Shown piece by piece: positions 25,825-37,941 of a stretch of DNA of 64,000 bases. The first letter of the stretch is position 1; the number at the start of each line of letters is the position of its first letter. The stretch is from Azolla caroliniana (Eukaryota; Plantae; Polypodiophyta): NCBI GenBank assembly GCA_043228905.1, contig JBHGNT010000018.1, forward strand, positions 2,976,001 to 3,040,000. The letters are read 5' to 3'. Position numbers and translations under genes: made by a program. A model generated the notes under the pieces. The model saw only the letters and a program-made list of their open reading frames with translations. It did no database searches and was not told where the DNA came from.

Positions 25825-27652
25825 AGTTCTACCTCAGTTAAAAAGACCACTAGATCTAGTCTTCAGCAAGCCACCTGAAACTTGTTTATTAGGCCAGATT
25901 AGCAAGTATAAAAAAAACATGAAGTTAGCTCTTGATCTCATGCCCCCACCATAATGGCATACCTAGCGAACTTATTTCTTGTTGTGTTATCCCATGTTTT
26001 CGTAATTGTCCAAGGACCAACAAAGACAATCCCAATGTCCTCACCCTCATCTGTGTCGGATGATGTAATGTCCTGCAATTTGGATGGGTCCACTTTTTTC
26101 TTGCAAATTTGGATTTTTGGCCACCTTGGTTGTCAGATTGTCGATTCTGACAATTGGTCCTAACCACCATCAACCTCTACATTTTCCACATCTTCTGGCA
26201 TGCCAAACCCATGATTCTTACACTGAAATTTATACATAAGATTTGAAATATTCAATGGAGAAATGTGGAACATGCAAGGCGTCTCCAATAACATTTCAAA
26301 TATGGCACATGAGAAGCAAGAAGAAAAAAAGGGATACAAAAGAAGCCCATAAAATCAGAGACACCACACAATACATGTTATTTATGGTGATTCAAATACA
26401 TTCCATAATAAAATGATTGAAATATATCAATTTTCAAATCCTACTTTGATTACAAAGCCTGTTGTATATCTAGAACTATGATTGAACCTCATTCTCTTAA
26501 TAAGATATCGACGTAGAGTGGAATAATTCAAACATTTAGAATATGGCATGTGAGAAACAAATGGTTCCATGTTCAAACATGATTTCCATATTCCGAAGGA
26601 TCACGTGGAAGAATTTAAACATTTAGAATATGCAGGCACACATACGTACATGGTATTCATTGTCTATAATGGTGATTATATCTGTGCTTACAATGCTTAG
26701 TTGACCTCTACTACATAATATTATCATTGTCGTCATCCAATAGGAAAATAACAAACCTATGATGTGTATCCACATCTATGTGCTCGAAATAATTGCATTC
26801 CTATGTATGTAAACAAGAATACATAAGTGCTCAAGATAATCGTACCTTGTGTTGTAACTAAGTATGTGAGATAATCAATGCTTGAGCAAATATATTTTGT
26901 GTTGCTTTGAGCTTAGTTTCGTTTGGTGGAAAACAATGAAAGTGGGTTGAAAGAAAATACAAGAACGTTATTGAAAAAATTAGTATTGTAGAAAAGTTTA
27001 TTGCACTAACAAAGCATAGAGAAAACGACCCGTTGTTTCTTATTCAATATTTCTTCATATTGATGGTGAAATTATAACAATGCATTTATTGACACATTTG
27101 AAAAATGGAACAACTAAGTCTCTTGCCATGTTAGAATATGGAACCATGTGATCAAATGTAAATGAAAAGAAAAGAGATAATGATGTAAAAAATAGAAATA
27201 ACCATCAAAATACATACCTACTGTCGCTTTCGTTTTGCTGATTGAATGAGGATGGTAGGTGGTTGGGAAGTGCTCTCCGGTGGAAAGTGGTGCTCCTCTT
27301 TGATTCAGGCGGAAAGTGGTGCGCCTCTCTAATTATGGTGGAAAGTGGTGCTCCTCTCTGATTCTTCCCTCCAAATACCCTAATACGTTGTTTTGAAAAT
27401 AGGTTCAAAATGACTTTCACATGGTTTTTATAGTCACTGCTCATTAATGAGCAGGGCTCCTAGTCGGGCTCTTGATAAGTGAGCGGGGCTCATAATCGGG
27501 CTCCCCAATAAGTGACCATTTCTTCGAGCGTAAATTTTTCCGCATCGGACGGTGCAGATCGCACGCGTACTCGGTTGAGTGACATGCACCGTCCCTCTTC
27601 ATGATTCCCTCACTTACCCTCTTCAATTTTTGGAGGTATTTAGACACGTTGC

Positions 27653-27687
27653 ATCCATCCATCCATCCATCCATATCCATACATACA

Positions 27688-27719
<32 letters not shown>

Positions 27720-27728
27720 CCCATCCAT
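27653..27728. repeat. (CATC)n/(CATA)n microsatellite, piece 2
   Basis: Read directly; abuts the right end of the MULE. Confidence 0.95.
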
Positions 27729-28299
27729 AGTACATAAAATTCGTGTTTGTCTAGCATCACATTCGTTTTCCTACGTTGAAAAATGAATGCGAATGTTATT
27801 TAAACATTCTTGTGTTTTTTTTGTTTTTTCCCCATTTTTTAAGTGTTTTTTTTCCCATTTTTTAGGCCTATTTACCTCATAATAAATAGTTAATCCAAAA
27901 GTATGGTATTTATCATTCTTTGAGGGCGTTTTTCTTACACGAATGATTGAAACATTCGCAAATGCGAGGAGAGTAAAAAGTGGGAAATCAACAAACCTTT
28001 TATTTTTTTACTTTTTATTTATTTATTCATTGTTTTATGAAAAATAAAACAAATACTTTTAAGTTTTATATCTATTATAAAAATATTATTAGTGTGAGGT
28101 TCCCTTTTTAATGACAGATAAAAATATCAAATTTTGTGGGAGAGTAAAAAGTGGGGAATTATTGAACCTTTTATTTATTAAAAATAAAACAAATACGATT
28201 AAGTTTTACATCCATTATAAAGATATTATTACTCTAAGTCTACTTTTTAATGTGAAGTAAAATATCCCCTTTTTATTGTCAAAGTCCTCTTTGTTATAT

Positions 28300-31200
28300 T
28301 GTGAAATCCACATAAAAGGAAACCCAACCAACTTGCCTAGCTTCTTACTTATCATTCAATTTATAGAAGATACAAAGGTACCCATTTTGGGTCGGCCTAG
28401 CTACATGCGTCCCAAAAGGGTGTGCTAAAAGGGTGGGCTAAAACCAATGGTGTGCTAAAAGGCATGCACTCGCATGAAAGGGACACCACATTTCCCCTCT
28501 GAGAAAAACAAGGAGTTTTACGCCATGGGGAAAGGAGGGGTACTAGAAGATAGGCTTGGGGTAGTATAGGGCTTGATATGGGCAACATGGGTGGAGGTGA
28601 ATCGGTCGTTGGAATCACATCGGAGAAGTAAGTGGATTTGATGGCGTGAACTACGGCGAACGGGCCGATCCATTGGTGCATGAGGGATTCGCTTAGACCG
28701 CACCACCGGACTGGGAAGTAAACAAGGACTTTGGTTCCATTAGCATAAGTTGGGGTAATTCGATCCACGTTGTAGTGCCGCTTCTGACGTTGTTGTGCGA
28801 CTTGTAGATTTTGAGAGCTGGCTTGTTGAAGGAGGGGGAGCATTTGTTGGAGATAAAGCCCCCAAGTGGCATTATCCATGTTGGCAAGTTTGGAATGGAC
28901 GTCAATGGACGATTCTGGTGGGAGCCGAGGGTCGCGCCCATAGAGTACTCGAAAAGGGCTGATATGCGTTGACGCTTGTATGGATGTATTGTAGCGTGGG
29001 TGACAAAAGGCAAGATTTGATCCCAGGTTTTGTGGCATGGATAGATGTAAGTGGCAATCTCTTGCTTGAGGGTCTTGTTGAGGCGTTCAATGAGGCCATT
29101 TGTTTGCGGATGGTACGGGGACGTAAACACATGTTGGACACCTAGTTGAGTTGCGACAACATTGAGGATATCGCCATGGAATTGGCAGCCCTCATCAGAT
29201 AAGAGTTGGACAGGGCAACCATGTTGAAAAATTACCTTCTGCAAGAGTTGGGAGGCAATTGTTGGCGTAACGACATTGGGGATGACAACAATTTCAACCC
29301 ACCTGGTGAGGTATTCTGTTATAACCAGGATATACATGTTGCCCCTCGGGGTTTCGGGAAAAGGTCCCATGAAATCCCATTCGACCAGCTTGAAAGGTGA
29401 CGTGATGGTGATGGGTTGGAGCGTTCCAGCTAGCTAGCCCCCAAGTTTGATGTGTTGACACAAAGCACATTGTTTTATGTAGGTAGAGATAGAGTGTTGC
29501 ATGTTGGGCCAGTAATACTTGAGGCGTAATTTTTCGAGAACCTTATGGAAACCCAAATGGCCCGACAATGGGTGGTCGTGATAAAATTGGAGATATGTTT
29601 GTTGTAGGGAAGGAGGGATGTAGAGACAAGGCGTGATGCGCTTGAATAAAGAACACCAAGTTATTGCGGAGCATGAACCGTCGTTGTGAGGGAAATGGTT
29701 GGAGGGAGTGCAACTGATGGGTTATCTCTTGGATGGTGGGGTCGTGTTGTTGAAGTGTAACTAGTTGTGGCAATGGTAGCAGAAGATTGGATATCTCAGG
29801 GAGAAATTGGACAGCCTGGAAGCCGACGTGAGAGAGACTATTAGTAACCAAATTGGTTACATCTTTCTGATAGGAGAGGGTAAATTGATATTCTTGGAGT
29901 GCCAGTGTCTATCGCAACAAGCCGCCTGGGGGGTGAGGTCGATGGATAAGAGAAAGCAAGGGATGGTGGTCAGTCTCAACCATAACTTGTCCACCATGAA
30001 GGTATGGGTGAAGATGCTGGAAAGACCAGATGATCGTGTTGGGAATATGTCCCTCCAGTGGGAGGAGCCAACTGATCGGACCAAGGAGAGCCAACAATCG
30101 AAGACAGGGAAGAACCGACAATTCGGAAATAGCCGACAACTGAAGAGTCGAAAACAGAGTCGACTGTTATTTTTTCAAATAGGTTGATTATTATTATTGT
30201 AATGATAATAATAATGATAATATGTAGTAGGGGTTACATGTGTAAATAGCCCATACAATGTATTAGTATAAATACATTTAGGGCAAACGTGTGCGTGTGT
30301 GAGCAGAACAGAAGTAGCGCGTGAGCGTGTGAGATAGAGAGTGAGTGAGAGCGGTGCTATAGTTGTGTGCGTAACAACAGACGCCAAGAGCCCTGTGTGG
30401 TTGATACACTTGAAGGAGTGTTGTAACATTTTGTGTTGTATATCCACTATACATAATGAAGCTCTATTCCCGTGGTTTTCTCCCGTTATAGGGTTTCCAC
30501 ATAAAATCTTTGTGCACCATCGTTGTCTTGTTTTCTGGCATATATGTTATTTGTATTTTAGCACAGTTCGCTTATTGAGATTTGACCGAACCATTTCTCA
30601 ACAATCTGGTATCAGAGCTTGAGGTGCAAGCATGGAAGGAGGTATGAGCGGTTTCCCAGGTATGATAGTTCTAAACTCACAGAACTATGCCAACTGGAAG
30701 ATAAAGATGGAGGACTTACTCATAGTAAAAGACCTGTACGAGCCAGTGGACAAAGCAGATATACCCAGGGGGGTATTGGAGTTGGATTGGAAACTTCTTA
30801 ACAGAAAGGTGGTGGCCACCATCCGACAATGCGTCGACGTAAGTGTCTTGCAACATGTAGCGAATGACACAAATGCCCACGAGATGTGGCAGAAGCTGTC
30901 AGGCCTATATGAGAGGAAGAATGTGCTCAATAAAACCTCATTGATGAGAAAGATCGTATGGCTGAAATACAGAGACAGTGAGAGCATCATCGAACACATC
31001 AACACATTCATGGGGTATGTAAACCAACTTGCTGCAACCAAGTTCCCCCTGGATGATGCGAGGCCATTTTGCTGATGTGCACACTGCCAGATAGTTGGGA
31101 GAACCTGGTGGTTACTCTCAGCACCTCTTGTCAAGAAGAGAACTTGTCTCTACAAATGATGGAGACAAAGCATCCTAAATGAGGGGGCAAGAAGGAAGGA

Positions 31201-34200
31201 CAAGGGAGTCCTAGCTCAGTCGGAGTCGAATGTAACACAACATTCAGACAGAGGAAGGAACTGGCAAAGAAGTCCACCAAGGAGAGAAAAGTCCCACGCT
31301 AGATCGAAGTCCGGAGGTAAGCCTGTGTGCTTCTATTGCGGAAAACCTGGACACTTCCAAAAGGACTGCCGACACATGAGAAGAGATAAGAGTGTCGGAA
31401 ACAATGTTGAAACCAGGAAGATTCCTAATAGGAAGAACACTTTGGCCATTGCTACGAGCAATGAAGAACTGTTGTTCATTTGTGAGCAGACAAGTGCAAA
31501 TCTTGCAAGTGAAGAATGCACTTGGGTGATCGATTCCGGGGCATCGTTCCACATAACTCCGTCGAGAGAGTATTTCTCGACTTACATAGTCGGAGATCAC
31601 GATTATGTGAAAATGGGTGATAGTGGAGAGTGCAAGATAGCCGGAGTCAGAAGTGTTCGTTTGACGACGTCGACAGGGTGTCGATTGACTCTGAAGGATG
31701 TTTGACAAGTTCCCAATATCAGATATCGATTGGAAGGTTAGATGAGGAAGGCTATAATGGTAGCTTTTGGAATGGCAAGTGGAAGTTCTGCCGAGGAAAT
31801 CTTATAGTGGCTCGAGCACAGAAAGAAGGCACATTATATATGATGCATGCCCGAATGTGCAAATCGGATGTAAATGTGGCAACTGACTCGGTAGGAGAGA
31901 GATGGCATAAGAGGCTGGGACACATGAGTGAGAAAGGAATGCACCTGCTAGCCGACCAAAAGCTTCTACCAGAAGTCAAGGGAGTGCACCTAGAGAAGTG
32001 TGTCGACTGCTTGGTCAGAAAACAGAACAAATCCGCATTCCACGCAAGACCACCAAGAAGAAGAGAGGTTGCACTGGAACTGGTACACACGGATGTATGT
32101 TATGTAGATGCTCCATCGCATCGAGGTGGACAATACTTTGTGACGTTCATCGACGACTATAGTCGGAAGACATGGGTCTTCGTATTGAAGTCGAAGGATC
32201 AAGTGTTGTCGGTTTTCAAGGAGTTCCAGGCTAGAGCTTAACGAGAGTCGGGTCGGAAGTTGAAGGTTGTTCGAACAGATAACGGTGGTGAGTATAGAGG
32301 ATAATTTGAGGAATACTGCAAGTGCCAAGGTATTCGGATCGAATACATAGTGCCAAAGACCCCAGAGTTGAACGGGCTTGCAGAGAGGATGAATCAAACA
32401 ATCATGGAGAGGGTAAGGAGCATGCTCTCTCATGCGAAACTGTCGAAATCCTATTGGGTTGAGGCGATGTACACAACTTTTTATCTGATCAACAGGTCTC
32501 CCTCAGTACCATTAAAGGGTGATGTCCCACAGAGAGTGTGGCAGGGAAGGATGTCTCCTACCAACACTTGAGGGTGTTCAGATGTTTGGGGTATATGCAT
32601 GTACCGAAGGGTCAAAGGTCAAAGCTCGACAGTAAGTCGAAGGCATGCATATTCATGGGATATTCGGAAGATGAGTTCAGCTATAGGCTATGGGATCTGG
32701 TCGACAAGAAGGTAATGAGAAGTCGGGACGTGGTCTTTCTTGAAGATAAGATGATTGAAGACCGGAAGCAACAGAAGTCGAATACGACTCCCTAGTCAAC
32801 CCCAACTATCCTCGATCTAAGGTTAAGTGAACCAACAATATCGACTGTTCGAAGACGGCTAGTCGGCATAGCCGAATCCGAGTCGGTCGACTCGGAGAGA
32901 CCAACCGACTGTAAGTCAGAGTCAGTAGAACTGCTAAGGTCAATTGAAGAGTATGAGTTGGAGTCGTCCAACTTGGAGATGCCAATTGATGTGCAGGAAC
33001 CCAAGTGGAGAGAAGAGTTGGCAGAGACATCCGAAAGAGAGCCAACAAAGAGTGGAAGAAGATACCCACTCAGACAAAGGAAAGCACCGACAACATATGC
33101 CAGTCAATACATCCTCTTGACTGATGAAGGTGAACCGGAGTGCTATGAAGAAGCCATTGCCGACAAGCATAGAGAGAAATGGCTGAGTGTGATGCAAGAT
33201 GAGATGGAATCCTTGCACAAGAATTACACCTATGACCTAGTAGAGCTGCTGCAAGGTAAGAGAGCACTAAGGAATAAGTGTGTCTACAAGGTGAAGACTA
33301 GAGAAACCGACAGTGAGCCCAGGTATAAAGCCCGCATAGTGGTGAAGGGCTTTCAACAGAAAAAGGGCGTCGACTTTGACGAAATATTCGCACCAGTCGT
33401 GAAGTTGACATGCATTCAAACTGTTCTGAGCATAGTGGCCAGTATGGACCTGGAGATCGAACAGTTGGATGTCAAAACCGCATTCTTACATGGGTTGCTA
33501 GAAGAAGAAATCTACATGTAGCAATCCAAAGGCTTTGAGGAGAAAGGGAAAGAGAACCCGGTGTGTCGATTGAAGAAAATCTTGTACGGTCTGAAACAAG
33601 CTCCACGCCAATGGTACAAGAAGTTCGAGTCCTTCAAGATGGAACACTGGTTCTAGAAAACATAGGTCGATCATTGTGTGTTCATCAAAAGGCACGAAGA
33701 AGGAGACTTCTTGATTCTCTTGTTATATGTTGATGACATGTTGATAGTCGGTTAAGACACAAAGAAGATCGGAAGCTTGACGAAAGCTCTAAGCAAGTCG
33801 TTTGCCACAAAAGACCTTGGACCGGCTAAATAGATCTTAGGAATGCACATAGTTCGAGACAGAACTCAAAAGGTGCTATGGTTGTCACAACAAAAGTATG
33901 TGACAAAGATCCTAGAAAGGTTCAACATGTCGGACGTAAAGCCAGTCGGCTCGGTGTTGCCAACAAATTGTAGGTTGAATGTGAAGCAATGCCCAAAAGG
34001 GGAGAAGGAGAAGGCCGAGATGAGGAAGGTACCATATGCCTCGACCGTTGGTAGTCTAATGTATGCTATGGTCTGTACGAGACCAGACATAACATTTGTT
34101 GTAGGAGCAGTAAGCCAGTATATGAGTAATCCAGGAAGAGAACACTGGGCAGTAGTGAAGTGGATACTCATGTACTTAAAGGGCACCTCGGGGGTGTGCC

Positions 34201-37200
34201 TAAGGTATGGTGTCAGAGAGCCTGTGCTAGAAGGTTTTACCAATTCGGACATGTCGGGAGATGTCGACTCAAGCCGATCCACATCAGGGTATATGATGAC
34301 CTATGCAGGGGGAGCAGTGTCATGGCAGTCACGACTGCAGAAGTCTGTAGCCTTGTCGACTACAAAGGCAGAGTATATGGCAGCGGTAGAGGCCGACAAA
34401 GAGCTAAGTTGGATGAGAAATTTTCTCAACGAATTAGGGCTGAAGCAAAAGGAGTTCTTGCTTCATTGTGATAGCCAAAGCGCCATACACTTTGACAAGA
34501 ATGTTGCATACCACTCCCGAACCAAGCACATACAGAGAAGGTATCACTAGTTGCGGGAGAGAGTTGAAGAAGGAGAGTTTTCTCTTGTGAAGATCCATAC
34601 TGACAACAATGGATTCGATATGCTCATGAAGAACCTACCTATGGACAGACTTAGAGTCTATCGACAAAAGACATGATTGATTGACTCCCTCCCACTGGAG
34701 TGAAGGGGGAGTTTGTTGGGAATATGTCCCTCCATTGGGAGGAGGAGCCGACTGATCGGACCAAGGAGAGCCAACAATCGAAGATAGGGAAGAACCGATT
34801 GTTCGAAAATAGTCGACAGCTGAAGAGTCGAAAACAGAATCGACTGTTATTTTTTCAAATAGGTTGATTTTTATTATTGTAATGATAATAATAGTGATAA
34901 TATATAGTAGGGGCTACATGTGTAAATAGCCCATACAATGTATTAGTATAAATACATTTAGGGCAAACGTGTGCATGTGTGAGAAGAATAGAAGTAGCGC
35001 GTGTGCGTGTGAGACAGAGAGTGAGTGAGAGCGACACCATAGCTGTGTGCGTAACAACAGACGCTAAGAGCCCTGCGTGGCTGATACACTGGAAGGAGTG
35101 TTGTAACATTCTGTGTTGTATATCCACTATACATAGTGAAGCTCTGTTCTCGTGGTTTTCTCCCGTTATAAGGTTTCCACGTTAAATCTCTGTGCACCAT
35201 TGTTGTCTTGTTTTCTAGCATATCTGTGATTCGTATTTCAGCACAGTTCGCTTATTGAGATTTGACCGAACCATTTCTCAACAATCGATTGCAAGTAGCT
35301 CCTTCTCGGTGGTTGAGTAGTTGCGTTTAGCTGGCATGAGAGTGCTGCTAATGAAGGCGACTGCCTTTTCTTGCAATTGGCTTGCAAGAGGACGACTCCT
35401 AACCCATGGTTTGATGCGTCTGTCTGCAATGTGAACGGTTGGTCAAAGTTAGGATGGGCGAGCAACCCTGATTCCTGGACCATGGTTTTGAGGTGACGAA
35501 AGCTATCTTCGCAGGCAGTATCCCAAATCAATGACACACCTTTCTTCAAGAGTTGGCGAAGGGGAAAAGTGACCATGCCGAGGTTCGGAATGAACCGAAG
35601 GGAAAAGGTGATCATGCCCAAAAAACGTTGCAATGATTTTCTTGAGGTGGGGTGGGGGGGGGGGTAGTTGGTGATGGTTGCCACCTTTGTAGGGGCCATA
35701 CGGATTCCGTCACCAGAGATGATGAAGCCGAGAAAACGAAGGCTGGTGCTTCCCCATCGACACTTCTTCCATTGGAGTTGCAAGTTATGCTTAGTTATGC
35801 AAGCGAGGACTTCAACGAGAGTTTGTAGATGGTCCTCCCAAGTGGCCTGTGGATAAGGATGTCATCGAGATAAATGAGGACACCTTTGCTGATAAGGGCA
35901 GTGAAGATGGAGTTTGCCATGCGTTGGAATGTGCTGTCGACATTTGACAGGCCGAACGGCATGCACATGAATTGGAATAGCCCGCAACTTGTGCGAAATG
36001 TGGTCTTGTGGGCATTAGAAGGATTTAGGGGGATTTGCCAATATCTCGAGGCTAAGTCTAGGGAGGTGAAATAACGGGAGCCACTGATTTGATCCAAGAG
36101 GTCTTCCACGTGAGGGAGTGGGTAGAGGTCACGGATAGTCACTTTGTTGAGAGGCCTTAAGTCGATGCAAAAGCAGAAGGTGCCATTATCCTTCTTGATT
36201 AGGTGGGGTTCCGAAACCCAAAATCGTTGGTGGAAGGAATGATAATACCTTTGGTGATTATGTCGGTGACGACAACATCAATGCGATCGTGGTCGAGGGG
36301 GGAACTTCGGCGTGTAGCCATGCGGATCAGAGTGGCTTCCTCGATACGAATGACATGTTGTATCGGGAAAGAGATAGTAGGAGCATGTGTGGGTTGGATG
36401 GTTAGTGACTGAAAACGAGCTAATAATTCGCGGATGGAGACCAATCGCTCATGTGGACTAAGGGCCACCTGGATTTGGCTAAGGTGGGGGACAGGGGAGC
36501 TATCGTGTAGAAGGGGGATATGGGGAGCATGTGGGACAAGAAGTTTATAGGCATCAAAATCAATCACAATGCGACGCTTGAGGAACCAATCACAAACTAA
36601 GGTGAGGGGGAAGAGTTGGTGGGGTCAAATTTTGATGGGCGAAGTTTTGGACGAGGAGATCCTAGAGGATCACCCAGTTCTTTGTCACGTCGCTTGCTTG
36701 TTGGACATACCAGGTGGCGACGACATTTTCGAGTAGGGTACGAACTTCCAAAGCTTTGCGCTCGTCAGACCATTGATGGTAATTGGAGATCATCTCAAAG
36801 TGGTCAACCAGGCTAAGACATCTTCGGAAGGCAAGCCAGATAAGGACTTCAAGTGGACCTCGGAATCTAGCCGATCTTTAGTGCAGTCGTTGTTAGCGGA
36901 GAGGAAGGAGAGCATAACTTGATTTGAAGCATGGCGTTGGAGAGGAGCTGGAGGAGCTGCTCCATTTGGAAAGGGGGTGGTCGTTCGTGAGGTTGTGAGA
37001 ACTTGGGCTCCATCGGGGTATCAATGTTTGAGGCGACGAGAGGGAATTGGGATGCCATGAACGAGGTGGTAATGACTAAAATTTTACCCCGCTTCTCCAC
37101 CAATTATGTGAAATGCACATAAAAGGAAACCAAAGTAGCTTGCCTAGCTTCTTACTTATCGTTCAATTTATAGAAGATACAAAGGTACCCATTTTTAGCC

Positions 37201-37326
37201 GGCCTAGCTACATGCGTCCCAAAAGGGTGTGCTAAAAGGGTGTGCTAAAACCGACGGTGTGCTAAAAGGGTGTGCTAAAAGGGTGGTGTGTTAAGAGGCA
37301 TGCACTTGCATGAAAGGGACACCACA
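28300..37326 (-). mobile_element. Ty3/Gypsy LTR retrotransposon (non-chromodomain), decayed, hosting a Copia insertion
   Basis: LTRs 28300-28490 and 37107-37326 (TG..CA), TSD ATAT/ATAT, PPT AGAGGGGAAA (reverse complement of 28491-28500), PBS at 37085-37102. RT (FTSLDLASRYWQI, YLDD), RNase H (TDASNHGLG, EKELLA), integrase (SPYHPQTNGLIER, GPF) in RT-RH-IN order. Gag/protease region largely deleted. Confidence 0.95.
30037..35286 (+). mobile_element. Ty1/Copia LTR retrotransposon (Tnt1/Tork-like), full length, decayed
   Basis: LTRs 30037-30603 and 34714-35283 (~42 substitutions counted by eye, ~7%), PBS TGGTATCAGAGC (tRNA-iMet) at 30607, PPT GAAGGGGGAG before 34714. Gag (CFYCGKPGHFQKDC), protease (WVIDSGAS), integrase (WHKRLGH, FIDDYSR), RT (LDVKTAFLHG, LYVDD), RNase H (RTKHI). 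Many premature stops. Confidence 0.97.
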
Positions 37327-37454
37327 ATATAATATGTGATATATCTAAGAAACTAAAAAGTAGGGACTTTATGAACTTTCTTTTTTTTTAACGAATATTT
37401 TTCATACATTCGTATGCATTCGTTTGGTAACCTCCACGAATGCAAATATGTCAA

Positions 37455-37510
37455 CCCATCCATCCATACATACATACATATATACATACATACATACATG
37501 CATACATATG
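37455..37510. repeat. (CATC)n/(CATA)n microsatellite, piece 3
   Basis: Read directly. Confidence 0.9.
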
Positions 37511-37941
37511 AATAGAGCAGCAAATTAACAAAACAAAAGTGACTAGGTACTAGTTAGAGTTATTTGGAATATTTGTTAGGTCTATGGTTTGAATCTTTTT
37601 CTTTTTTGAATTCTTTTATTTTGGTTCGAGTTTTTTTTTTTAGGGTTTCGACATTTGGTTTAGGGTATGTAGTCAATTTACATTTCATTTACATTTAAGG
37701 GGTTGTAACAGTGGTATTGAATTCAACAACTTAAATACTAAATGTGTTTATGGTGCCGTAATAGTCTAAAAGGTGTAAATTTGTCATCATCAAACACTTA
37801 ACCATATGTTGTTGATTGTACCTTTGTGCCCTAGTATATAACTAAACATTTGCAAAATTTGATTGATGCAAGTGGAATTATGCTTTAGTTGTCAAATTGA
37901 ACATTTGTTTTTGTATAACTCTTAAGATTCTTCTTTTCATA

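Larger units (their letters stand above)
20702..27654 (-). mobile_element. Mutator-like (MULE) DNA transposon carrying transposase and Ulp1 protease, decayed
   Basis: Imperfect TIRs: left ATGCTCGTGACTAACTACTACCAAAAATTTAAGAGGG vs right reverse complement ATGCAACGTGTCTAAATACCTCCAAAAATTGAAGAGGG, with similarity continuing ~100 bp (GAGGGAATC, GGACGGTGC, CGATCTSCACCG). Subterminal GAGCCCGACT-type motifs at 20825-21060 and inverted at 27445-27510. Confidence 0.88.
27729..37454. mobile_element. Small AT-rich non-autonomous element (~700 bp: 27729-28299 + 37331-37454) interrupted by the Gypsy element
   Basis: Lies between two microsatellite pieces with CCCATCCAT on both sides. Ends are weakly inverted (ACATAAAATTCGTG / CACGAATGCAAATATGT) with repeated CATTCG/CGAATG motifs. 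Confidence 0.5.

Noticed and set aside
30033-35287. 4-bp ATCG TSD for the Copia
   Set aside because: Leaves the host RNase H out of frame; the 5-bp GATCG/GATTG reading restores EKELLAIIW.
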